The translations under genes were made by a program, and so were the position numbers. A stretch of 32,000 nt of DNA from Trichodesmium erythraeum IMS101 (GTDB taxonomy: Bacteria > Cyanobacteriota > Cyanobacteriia > Cyanobacteriales > Microcoleaceae). The stretch covers positions 7,620,001-7,652,000 of the forward strand of contig NC_008312.1 of NCBI RefSeq assembly GCF_000014265.1, written 5' to 3'. The notes beneath the pieces are model-generated. The model was given only the letters and a program-made list of their open reading frames with translations, did not search any database and was not told the origin of the DNA. Of this stretch, positions 16,996-25,596 are shown piece by piece; the stretch's first letter is position 1; each line of letters starts with the position of its first letter.

Positions 16996-17778
16996 ATGTA
17001 TGTAATTCAAATCAATAAAGCAACTAAGACCTATAACAATGGAACAATAGCAGTTCACCCTACTAGTCTCAATTTTGAGCCAGGAACATTTAACGCTATT
17101 CTCGGACCTAGTGGTGCAGGGAAGTCAACTTTGTTACGAATGATCAATGGGTTGGAGATACCAACTACAGGCGAGATCATTATTCAAGGACAAACTTTAA
17201 CGGCTAAAAATTTGCGTCAAGTTCGATCACGCACAGCAATGGTGTTCCAACAGTTTAATCTGGTGGGTCGTTTGAATGTAATGACCAATATCTTAACTGG
17301 GCGTTTGTATTACATTCCCTGGTGGAGCAGTATTTTGTATATGTTTGGCCAAAGAGATTGGAAAATTGCTCAGTGGGCACTTAATAGAGTCAGCCTAAAA
17401 GAAAAAGCTTGGGAACGGGTTGACCGACTTTCAGGAGGACAACAACAACGGGTAGGTGTAGCGAGGGCTTTGGCACAGCGCCCAGAGGTGATTTTGGCTG
17501 ATGAACCCGTTGCTAGTCTTGATCCAATTGCAAGTGAAGAAATCATGGAGTTACTCAGGGAAATTTGCCGTCAAGATGGGATAACCATTGTAGCAAATCT
17601 TCATCAAGTATCCCTGGCTCTGCGCTACGCTGATCGCGTTATTGGTTTAAATAAAGGACGTGTGGTCTTTGATGATTCCCCACAGGCTTTATCTAACAAC
17701 AAGAACACTTTACGCACAATTTATCAGAGGGAGGATGGTAGTGTAGATGATACCTTGGAAATGGCGGTTACCGACTAG
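16996..17778 (+). CDS. phnC: phosphonate ABC transporter ATP-binding protein
   Basis: Walker A GPSGAGKST, ABC signature LSGGQQQRV, Walker B ILADEP. The PhnC-typical FQQFNLV...NVMTNIL region is present, and phnE follows directly. Confidence 0.85.
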   Translation: MYVIQINKATKTYNNGTIAVHPTSLNFEPGTFNAILGPSGAGKSTLLRMINGLEIPTTGEIIIQGQTLTAKNLRQVRSRTAMVFQQFNLVGRLNVMTNILTGRLYYIPWWSSILYMFGQRDWKIAQWALNRVSLKEKAWERVDRLSGGQQQRVGVARALAQRPEVILADEPVASLDPIASEEIMELLREICRQDGITIVANLHQVSLALRYADRVIGLNKGRVVFDDSPQALSNNKNTLRTIYQREDGSVDDTLEMAVTD

Positions 17779-18544
17779 ACATGGATTTGTACCCCTATCC
17801 TGGGGATTGGGTTTGATTTTGCTGCTAGGGGCATTAGGGTCAACAGCAGTACTGATAGAATTGGATGTCTTACGGTTCCTAAAGTCAAGTGGTAATTTCT
17901 GGCAATTTTTTGGTCAATTGCTGACTATGCCAGATTGGACTTATATACCTAAATTATTACTGAAGATGCTGGAAACTATCGAAATGGGTATTGTTTCTAC
18001 GGCGATCGCTCTTTTGTTTAGCTTACCTTTGGGAGTACTTGCAGCCCGAAATACCTCACCACACCTAGTTTTATATCATTGTATTCGCAATGTTCTCAAT
18101 TTGATGCGTGCCTTACCGGAGTTAGTTTGGGCGTTGGTATTTGTTTCAGCTGTAGGTTTGGGGCCTCTGCCTGGGGTAATGGCACTTATTTTTGTGACAA
18201 CAGGCTTTTTGGGGAAATTTTTGGCAGAAAGTATAGAAGTAGTGGATGTTAATGGAGTTACTGGGGTTAAGTCTACGGGAGCTGGATGGTTGCAAACCTT
18301 AACATTTGCAGTTTTTCCCCTCGCTTTACCAGATTTTATTGGCACTGTTCTTTACATTCTAGATCATAACGTACGAGCCGCAACAATTTTAGGGTTAGTA
18401 GGAGCTGGAGGTATTGGGTATGAGTTAGTGATGAGCATGCGGTTATTTAATTACGGTCGTTTGATATTAATTGTTGCAGCCATTTACATAGTGGTGACAA
18501 TATTGGATCGCTTTTCTGATGTGATTCGGAGTCGGGTTATTTAG
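17747..18544 (+). CDS. phnE: phosphonate ABC transporter permease
   Basis: Multi-TM protein with PhnE-type motifs (MRALPELVWALVFV, GFLGKFLAESIE, AATILGLVGAGGIGYEL). The 32-nt overlap with phnC suggests the real start may lie further downstream. Confidence 0.8.
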   Translation: MIPWKWRLPTRHGFVPLSWGLGLILLLGALGSTAVLIELDVLRFLKSSGNFWQFFGQLLTMPDWTYIPKLLLKMLETIEMGIVSTAIALLFSLPLGVLAARNTSPHLVLYHCIRNVLNLMRALPELVWALVFVSAVGLGPLPGVMALIFVTTGFLGKFLAESIEVVDVNGVTGVKSTGAGWLQTLTFAVFPLALPDFIGTVLYILDHNVRAATILGLVGAGGIGYELVMSMRLFNYGRLILIVAAIYIVVTILDRFSDVIRSRVI

Positions 18545-18580
18545 TTAATTACTTATTACTTTTATCTACCTTGAGGTATA

Positions 18581-19378
18581 TTGATGTTTAATTCGTCATT
18601 GAAATTATTAGACTTACCACCCGCTCCCAGAAATTGGGTTCCTTTGTGGATGAGTCTTGCTGTTTTCCTCATTGGAGTCATGATTTGGCATCTTGGACTA
18701 TCTTTTGGCAGTGTGATCGTAGGTATTGGTAATATTTTTGAATATCTCAGTCGTTATCTTAATCCCGACTTTACTGATGGGCCAAGATATTTGATCCTGA
18801 TGCTACAAACATTAGCGATCGCTCTTTGGGGTACAGTATTAGCTTTTCTTACCAGTTTTTTACTCGCACCTTTGGGAGCAAACAATCTCTCACCACACCC
18901 CTTAATTTATCAGCTTATCCGGGAGTTATTCAACTTTATGCGGGCAATGCCAGACTTGATGCTGGCGTTAATTCTGGTTATTATTCTGGGGCTGGGTCCA
19001 ACACCTGGTATTCTAGCATTAGCAATACATACTTCGGGATTTTTAGGTAAGTTTTTTGCTGAGAGTATGGAACGAGTAAATGTAGGTATTTATGAAGGTT
19101 TACGTTCTACTGGAGCTAATATATCTCAAGTTGTTATCTTTGCAGCAGTCCCTTCAATATTGCCAGAGATAGTAGGATATACCCTTTACATCTTTGATCG
19201 AAATGTCCGAATGGCTTCGGTTTTAGGTTTAGTAGGAGCAGGTGGTATTGGTTTGGAACTTCACGATAATTTACGTTTATTTCGGTACAACCAATCTGCA
19301 GCACTGATTTTAGTGATCCTTGTTAGTATTGTGCTTATTGATTATCTTTCTAGTTGGATACGTCGGAGAATTAGCTAA
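18581..19378 (+). CDS. phnE: second phosphonate ABC transporter permease
   Basis: Paralogous to the previous ORF (MRAMPDLMLALILV, GFLGKFFAESME, ASVLGLVGAGGIGLEL). Its stop overlaps the phnG ATG (TAATG). Confidence 0.8.
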   Translation: MMFNSSLKLLDLPPAPRNWVPLWMSLAVFLIGVMIWHLGLSFGSVIVGIGNIFEYLSRYLNPDFTDGPRYLILMLQTLAIALWGTVLAFLTSFLLAPLGANNLSPHPLIYQLIRELFNFMRAMPDLMLALILVIILGLGPTPGILALAIHTSGFLGKFFAESMERVNVGIYEGLRSTGANISQVVIFAAVPSILPEIVGYTLYIFDRNVRMASVLGLVGAGGIGLELHDNLRLFRYNQSAALILVILVSIVLIDYLSSWIRRRIS

Positions 19379-19842
19379 TGGAACAAGTCGATAATCAATG
19401 GTTACGGGCCCTTACAGCCCATGCTCCAGAAATAGTGATTCAACTAGCAGCTCGACTCACCGAAAGTTGGCAAGTTAGTTATGAAGCTGTTCCCCAAACA
19501 GGGTTGTCATTATTGCAACTACAGGATAGTGTATTGCACGAACCCTACTACTTGGGAGAAATTCCCTTATCAACGGCTTGGGTAAAGTTAAAAATAGGCA
19601 ATGGGCAGAATTATGAAGGAGCAGCCCAAGTAATGAGTGATGTGCCAAATTTAGCCACATCATTAGCAATTTGTGATGCCATTTTTGTGAATAAACTGGA
19701 AGGATGGCAAGAGGTTGCAGATTTAATTGAAAGGGGACAGGTAATTCGCCAAGAAGAAGATAACTTGCGGGGGGCTATACTGGCAAAAACCAGAGTAGAT
19801 TTTTCCTTACTAAATCAGGAGGAAAGCGATGCTGAAAGTTGA
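19378..19842 (+). CDS. phnG: C-P lyase core complex subunit PhnG
   Basis: ~150-aa protein at the conserved position directly before phnH-phnI-phnJ. It is translationally coupled on both sides. The call rests mainly on synteny and size. Confidence 0.7.
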   Translation: MEQVDNQWLRALTAHAPEIVIQLAARLTESWQVSYEAVPQTGLSLLQLQDSVLHEPYYLGEIPLSTAWVKLKIGNGQNYEGAAQVMSDVPNLATSLAICDAIFVNKLEGWQEVADLIERGQVIRQEEDNLRGAILAKTRVDFSLLNQEESDAES

Positions 19843-20407
19843 TTTGCCTGGGATTTGGCAAGATGAAGTACAGCAGCAGATTTTCCGTCAGTTGCTCAAT
19901 TGTATGAGCTTACCAGGGACAATTGCTGATTTGAGTTCATATCTGGGAGAAAGTACTGCTTTAATAGGAGTTTTAGCTGCTTTATTAGACAATACAGTGA
20001 CTCTCCATGATACCCATGAATTAATTGGCCAAAGCGATCGCCATTTTTTAAATAGCCCTACTGCACCCCTAACAGAGGCACGTTTTATCGCAGTAGATGG
20101 AACTAATGCTCCTGATACCAACTTTAACCCTAGTTTGGGAACCCTTGCTAGTCCAGAATTGGGAGCAACAATTGTAATTCAAGGTCAGCACTTGGGAAGT
20201 GGTGAATTAACTTTAAGTTTAACTGGACCAGGAATTTTATCTGCCAAGGAAAACAAGGTAGCATTGAATGGGTTCCATCATGGTTGGTTTTCTCGCCGCC
20301 AAGAATGGATAAGTGCTTTTCCTTTGGGAATTGATCTGATTTTGGTGGATGTTACACAAGTAATGATTATTCCCAGAACAACCCAGACAATTTTAAATTT
20401 GGGATAA
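19829..20407 (+). CDS. phnH: C-P lyase core complex subunit PhnH
   Basis: ~190-aa protein between phnG and phnI. The N-terminal FRQLLNCMSLPG is PhnH-like. It overlaps phnG by 14 nt. Confidence 0.7.
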   Translation: MLKVDLPGIWQDEVQQQIFRQLLNCMSLPGTIADLSSYLGESTALIGVLAALLDNTVTLHDTHELIGQSDRHFLNSPTAPLTEARFIAVDGTNAPDTNFNPSLGTLASPELGATIVIQGQHLGSGELTLSLTGPGILSAKENKVALNGFHHGWFSRRQEWISAFPLGIDLILVDVTQVMIIPRTTQTILNLG

Positions 20408-20498
20408 CTCTAGGGTGGCTTGCTTACGACGTAGCGGGTTTACACCACTAGTCTTCTCCTAGCTAGTAAAATTTAGCAGAAATAAAGAGGATAAAAAA

Positions 20499-21593
20499 GT
20501 GGGATATGTTGCAATCAAAGGTGGAGAAACCGCTATTTCTGAAGCGATCGCTTTATTGGATTTCTTGCGGGCTAAGGATAGTAATGAACCTCCTTTATCA
20601 ATTGGAGGCATTCAGCATCAGCTGCACGCACTCCATAGCCGAGTATTATCAGAAGGGGGAATATACCATCCCAAATTAGCAGCCCTAGCAATTAAACAAA
20701 ATGCTGGAGATACTTTAGAAGCAGCTTTTTATCTGCGTGCTTACCGTTCCACCTGTCCTCGGATTGGTATTACCCCCCTGCAGAAAACCGAGCAGATGCG
20801 CTTAATTCGTCGTATTTCCGCTGCTTTCAAAGAAATACCCGGCGGACAAATGCTAGGTCCTACCTCTGATTATTTGCAACGGTTATTTAGATTTGAACTA
20901 TTAGACGAATCTCCCCAACGCTTCCAGCAAATTGCCAAAACATGGTTGCACAACATACCAGATGAGTGTCTTCCTACTAGTTTCCCCAAAGTCCTGGATA
21001 GCTTGCGGGCACAGAATTTACTACCACCTGTAGAAACAAAACTCCATCAACCCTTTGATATTACCAGGGAACCCCTAGTATTTCCAGTTCCCCGTTCTGC
21101 AGCCTTAGCTACCATGTCTCGTGCTGAAACCGGTTCCCTATTAGGAATTGCCTATTCTAATATGCGGGGTTATGGTGATATTCACCCCACTGTAGCAGAA
21201 TTACGTGTGGGTTATTTACCTGTACTACTACCCCATCCTATTTCTGGAGAATTGATGGAAGCGGGTGATGTGTTAATGACAGAGTGCGAAATTGTCGCCA
21301 TGTACGAAGCACCAACTAAGGATAGCAAACCTACCTTTGGCTTAGGCTATGGTGCTTGTTTTGGGCACAACGAAGTCAAGGCAATTTCTATGGCAATTCT
21401 TGATCGTGCTTTGCAAAAAGGGCAGCAACAGGGAGTAGAAAATCCTTCAGAAGACCCAGAATTTGTCCTCCTCCATGTTGATGGGATTGAATCAATGGGA
21501 TTTGCTTCCCATTACAAAATGCCCCACTATGTAACTTTTCAGTCTGATTTAGATCGGTTGAGAACGACCCAAAAAAAAGGAGAAAGCCTATGA
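20499..21593 (+). CDS. phnI: C-P lyase subunit PhnI (ribosyl-triphosphate-phosphonate forming)
   Basis: GTG start preceded by AGAGGA. The opening MGYVAIKGGETAI is the typical PhnI N-terminus. 364 aa, with an ATGA overlap onto phnJ. Confidence 0.85.
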   Translation: MGYVAIKGGETAISEAIALLDFLRAKDSNEPPLSIGGIQHQLHALHSRVLSEGGIYHPKLAALAIKQNAGDTLEAAFYLRAYRSTCPRIGITPLQKTEQMRLIRRISAAFKEIPGGQMLGPTSDYLQRLFRFELLDESPQRFQQIAKTWLHNIPDECLPTSFPKVLDSLRAQNLLPPVETKLHQPFDITREPLVFPVPRSAALATMSRAETGSLLGIAYSNMRGYGDIHPTVAELRVGYLPVLLPHPISGELMEAGDVLMTECEIVAMYEAPTKDSKPTFGLGYGACFGHNEVKAISMAILDRALQKGQQQGVENPSEDPEFVLLHVDGIESMGFASHYKMPHYVTFQSDLDRLRTTQKKGESL

Positions 21594-22537
21594 ATTCCAT
21601 TGCCAAATCATTCCTTCCTGATATACAGCCTAATTTATTAGCAGTTAATTCCCAAGACCAGAGCCCCACCTATCAATTTGGGTTCCTCGATAGTTTTGCG
21701 AAAAAGGAAATTCGCCGTAGCTTACTCAAAGCTGTAGCTATTCCTGGTTATCAAGTACCCTATTCCTCTCGGGAAATGCCTATTGCCCGTGGTTTCGGCA
21801 CTGGTGGCTTGCAAATTACCTTATCTCTTTTGGGCAAAGATGATGTTTTGAAAGTTATCGACCAGGGCAGCGATGAATCGGTAAATGCTGTAAATATCCG
21901 TAATTTTATCAGCAAAACTTGTCCGGGGGTATCCCTCACAAAACATACTCCTGAAGCAACTATCATTCAAACTCGTCATCGCATCCCTGAGTTTCCTCTC
22001 AAGTTAGGGCAGGTGTTAGTACTACAAGTACCTTACCCAGATCCATTGGTAATTGTGGAAGCTAGCGAAGCCAAGCGCAAACAAATGCATGGAGAAGGGG
22101 ATTATGCTAGATTGTGGGTCAAACTCTATGAAGATATGGTTAAATTCTCTGAAATTACCATTTCTCATCGCTATCCCACTCGCATTAATGGACATTATGT
22201 TATCGATCCCTCTCCCATACCTCGTTTTGATGTACCCAAACTCCACCAATCTTTTGGACTACATCTATTTGGAGCGGGACGAGAAAAGAAAATCTATGCA
22301 GTGCCACCATTTACTGATGCTCAACCCCTATGTTTTGAGGATATTCCCTTTCGGGTGGAGAATTTTGACGATGTTGATGGCCGTCGTCGTCCCTGCCATC
22401 GTTGCGGTTCTACTACCAGCTTTTTAGATGAGTTTCTGGATGAGCAAGGTAATTGTATTTATCAGTGTTCTGATAGTGACTACTGTAACACAATGTTGAT
22501 GCAAGCAAAGGAAGATAGTTATGCAACCAATTCTTGA
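21590..22537 (+). CDS. phnJ: C-P lyase catalytic subunit PhnJ (radical SAM-dependent C-P bond cleavage)
   Basis: Conserved YQFGFLD...KKEIRR, AIPGYQVPYSSREMP and GFGTGG, plus a C-terminal cysteine cluster CHRC...C...C-x5-C consistent with the PhnJ Fe-S and catalytic cysteines. Confidence 0.9.
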   Translation: MNSIAKSFLPDIQPNLLAVNSQDQSPTYQFGFLDSFAKKEIRRSLLKAVAIPGYQVPYSSREMPIARGFGTGGLQITLSLLGKDDVLKVIDQGSDESVNAVNIRNFISKTCPGVSLTKHTPEATIIQTRHRIPEFPLKLGQVLVLQVPYPDPLVIVEASEAKRKQMHGEGDYARLWVKLYEDMVKFSEITISHRYPTRINGHYVIDPSPIPRFDVPKLHQSFGLHLFGAGREKKIYAVPPFTDAQPLCFEDIPFRVENFDDVDGRRRPCHRCGSTTSFLDEFLDEQGNCIYQCSDSDYCNTMLMQAKEDSYATNS

Positions 22538-23351
22538 AGTCCGGGAACTGAGTCAAATTTATGGTCCAGGTTGTCCAGCTTGTTTTACTTCTACTGGTGC
22601 CCAAGTTAATACTAATGTTTGTCCACATTGCGACACTGTTGTTGCTATGCAGCAAGTCTCTTTTGATTTGTATCCAGGGGAAATTTTAGGAGTTATGGGA
22701 GAATCTGGGAGCGGTAAATCTACTTTAGTAAAATGTCTTTATTTTGACCAAATACCTACAAAGGGTCAGGCTATATTTTGGGATAAAGGTAAGCCCCATA
22801 ATTTATTTGAACTCAACGCTGCTCAACAGCGATGGCTGAGAAATCACTGCTTTGGCATGGTATATCAAAACCCCCATTCTGGGTTGAATTTTCAAGTTTC
22901 GGCAGGAGGTAATATTGCTGAAAGATTGTTGATGTCTGAAATGCTTAACTATGGTGTTATTCGCGATCGCGCCCGTTCTCTTCTCAGTCGCACTGAGGTA
23001 TTGATAGAGCGGATGGATGAACTACCATCTAATTTTTCGGGAGGAATGCAACAGCGAGTGCAAATTGCCCGTGCTTTAGCAACCGATCCCCCCCTTTTAT
23101 TTTTAGATGAGGTGACAACAGGTTTGGATTTGTCAATACAAGCAAAAATTCTGGATTTAATTCTAGAAATTCAACAACAGCTTAGGGTGGCTATGATAGT
23201 TGTTACCCACGATTTGGGCGTGATTCGGCTCTTGACATCACGGACTTTGGTAATGAAGTACGGACAAGTAGTGGAAACTGGATTAACTGATCAGGTTTTA
23301 GAAGATCCCCAACATGCTTATACTCAGCAGCTAGTATCATCAGCTTTATAA
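22521..23351 (+). CDS. phnK: C-P lyase-associated ABC-type ATPase PhnK
   Basis: Walker A GESGSGKST, signature FSGGMQQRVQIA, Walker B LFLDEVT. The C-terminal LEDPQHAYTQQLVSS is PhnK-typical. It overlaps phnJ by 17 nt. Confidence 0.85.
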   Translation: MQPILEVRELSQIYGPGCPACFTSTGAQVNTNVCPHCDTVVAMQQVSFDLYPGEILGVMGESGSGKSTLVKCLYFDQIPTKGQAIFWDKGKPHNLFELNAAQQRWLRNHCFGMVYQNPHSGLNFQVSAGGNIAERLLMSEMLNYGVIRDRARSLLSRTEVLIERMDELPSNFSGGMQQRVQIARALATDPPLLFLDEVTTGLDLSIQAKILDLILEIQQQLRVAMIVVTHDLGVIRLLTSRTLVMKYGQVVETGLTDQVLEDPQHAYTQQLVSSAL

Positions 23352-23357
23352 ATAACT

Positions 23358-24101
23358 ATGTTGAATTCAAAAGCCCAACAAGCAAGAGTTTTATCAATCA
23401 AAAATAATTCTCCTTCAGACTTAATTTTACAAGTGAAGGAGCTGACCAAAAACTTTAACTTGCACGAACAAGGTAAAATTTTACCTGGTATCCCAGCAAT
23501 TTCATTGACTGTGAAGTCTGGACAGTTAACCGCCTTAACAGGAGTTTCGGGAGCGGGAAAATCTAGTTTATTGAAATGTATTTACCGCAGTTATTTGCCT
23601 CAGAGTGGAGAAATTCATTATTATACAGCAGAAGGAAACTGGATTGATATCGCTACTGCTAAAGAATATGAAATCCTAAATTTGCGGCGCCAAGAAATCA
23701 GTTTTGTTACCCAGTTTTTGCATTGTCTGCCTCGTCAAACAACTCTGGATGTGGTAGCTAGACCCCTATTTGATTTGGGATATGAACGTTCGGAAGCTAG
23801 GAATAAAGCAGCAATCTTATTAAAAAAAATGCAGTTACCAGAAAGGTTGTGGACAATTTCTCCAGCTACTTTTTCAGGAGGGGAAAAACAGCGAGTTAAT
23901 TTAGCTCGGGGAATAGTGTCGTCTCCTCGTTTGCTTTTACTGGATGAGCCAACAGCTAGTTTGGATGCAGATACCAGTCAGTTAGTTATTGAGTTGATTC
24001 AAAGTGTTAAACAAATGGGTGCTGGAATACTTGCGGTTTTTCATTCTCCAGAGTTAATTAATATCTTAGCTGATAATGTGGTAATGGTTGAATCAGGTTA
24101 A
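23358..24101 (+). CDS. phnL: C-P lyase ATPase subunit PhnL
   Basis: Walker A GVSGAGKSS, signature FSGGEKQRVNLA, Walker B LLLDEPT. It occupies the conserved position after phnK. Confidence 0.8.
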   Translation: MLNSKAQQARVLSIKNNSPSDLILQVKELTKNFNLHEQGKILPGIPAISLTVKSGQLTALTGVSGAGKSSLLKCIYRSYLPQSGEIHYYTAEGNWIDIATAKEYEILNLRRQEISFVTQFLHCLPRQTTLDVVARPLFDLGYERSEARNKAAILLKKMQLPERLWTISPATFSGGEKQRVNLARGIVSSPRLLLLDEPTASLDADTSQLVIELIQSVKQMGAGILAVFHSPELINILADNVVMVESG

Positions 24102-24228
24102 ATAATTTGAGGGAAAGTAAACATTAAAATGTTAGTTCTTATGAAGTTTTATATTGGTTTGATGAAGCAGTTAAGCAATTGTGAATGAGTAAATTATTTA
24201 ATCCAAAATCTAAAATTTTCTAGAAGCT

Positions 24229-25377
24229 ATGAAAACTTATCTTACCCACTGTCGTTTAATTACTAATAATGCAGTTGTTGATGATGCTGCTGTGTTAATT
24301 GAAGATGGATATATTGTCGCTATCAATCCCGAATTTACTAACAATGTTGAATCTATTTCCCTAAATGGTCAATATTTATTACCTGGGTTAGTAGATCTTC
24401 ATTGCGATGCCATTGAAAAAGAAATTGAACCTCGTCCCAATGCTTTTTTCCCTATGGATTTTGCGATCGCTCAAATAGATCGAAATAATGCTGCTGTTGG
24501 TATTACCACACCTTTCCATGCTATCTCCTTTGCCTATGAAGAATTTGGCCTTCGCAACAATGAAAAAGCAGCTCAAATTGTGCGTTCCCTCCACAATTAT
24601 CAGCCCCAAGCATTAGTTAATAACCGGGTCCATTGTCGCTACGAAATTACCGACCCTACAGGGCTACCCATTTTGCTTAATCTGTTGCAGTCAGATGACA
24701 TTCATTTGATTTCTTTTATGGACCATACTCCAGGACAGGGACAATTTAAAAATGTGCAAGCATACCAGGATTATTTGGCCCGCGCATACAACAAATCTGC
24801 TACAGAAGTCGAAGCAATAGCCCTCAAAAAAATCGATCAAGGAGCAGATGCTCTGGAACGGGTAAAAACTTTAATTTCCAAAGCTTTATCTTTAGGAGTA
24901 CAAGTTGCTAGTCATGATGATGATAGCCCAGAGAGAATTTCTAGTATGCAGGCTTTGGGAATACATCTTAGTGAATTTCCGATCAATCTTGAAACGGCCC
25001 AAGCTGCTAAAAAAGCCGGACTCCAAACCATATTTGGTGCCCCTAATTTACTACGGGGACAAAGTCAGAGTGGTTCAATAAAAGCCATAGATGCAATTAA
25101 ACATCACGTGGGAGATATTCTTTGTGCAGATTACTCACCTGCAAGTTTGCTGGCAGCAGCATTTCGAATTCCTGAATTACTTGGTTGGTCATTACCAGAT
25201 GCAATAGCCCTTGTTACACACAACCCTGCACAAGCTGTAAATCTTAGTGACCGCGGTGAAATTGCTATAGGCAAACGGGCTGATTTAATTGTTGTACAGT
25301 GTCCTCATGGCTTTCCTCAAGTAACAACTACTTGGGTTGGGGGGCGAATTGTTTACCAATGTCATTACTCAAGATAA
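24229..25377 (+). CDS. phnM: amidohydrolase-superfamily PhnM (ribosyl methylphosphonate triphosphate diphosphatase)
   Basis: LPGLVDLHCD metal-binding start, SFMDHTPGQGQF and SHDDD motifs, ~380 aa, last gene of the phn block. Confidence 0.85.
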   Translation: MKTYLTHCRLITNNAVVDDAAVLIEDGYIVAINPEFTNNVESISLNGQYLLPGLVDLHCDAIEKEIEPRPNAFFPMDFAIAQIDRNNAAVGITTPFHAISFAYEEFGLRNNEKAAQIVRSLHNYQPQALVNNRVHCRYEITDPTGLPILLNLLQSDDIHLISFMDHTPGQGQFKNVQAYQDYLARAYNKSATEVEAIALKKIDQGADALERVKTLISKALSLGVQVASHDDDSPERISSMQALGIHLSEFPINLETAQAAKKAGLQTIFGAPNLLRGQSQSGSIKAIDAIKHHVGDILCADYSPASLLAAAFRIPELLGWSLPDAIALVTHNPAQAVNLSDRGEIAIGKRADLIVVQCPHGFPQVTTTWVGGRIVYQCHYSR

Positions 25378-25452
25378 ACAGATTTATTTGTAGAAATTTG
25401 CTAGATGAGATTTGCTTGATAATTGATACCAATGTGAGTATCTTTTTTTAAT

Positions 25453-25540
25453 AGGACTTACAGAGCAATCATATATATAGCGTATTTTTGGCTATAATTT
25501 CAGATATTAACACTAATTATAGTGTCTTTGCATAAGTCCT
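25453..25540. mobile_element. 88-bp MITE-like element with terminal inverted repeats AGGACTTA(C/T)
   Basis: AGGACTTACAGAGC...TTTGCATAAGTCCT: the two ends are reverse complements over about 9-10 nt. The 5' ~35 nt recur at 30511 (AGGACTTACG...CAATATATATAGCGTAT). Confidence 0.5.
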
Positions 25541-25596
25541 GTTGAATTTAGTATTATATTATTAAATTTGACTTTAATGCATTAGTTAATTTAATA

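Noticed and set aside
17747-17778. A 32-nt phnC/phnE overlap as a possible programmed feature
   Set aside because: It is more simply explained by the ORF finder choosing the most upstream Met, and a downstream start would remove the overlap. This cannot be resolved from sequence alone.
20408-20498. The 91-nt phnH-phnI gap, with GGTGGCTTGCTTACGACGTAGCGGGTTTACACCAC, as a possible structured element
   Set aside because: Only short, imperfect pairings can be drawn, and I could not support a stable hairpin. It may simply be the spacer carrying the phnI ribosome-binding site (AGAGGA).
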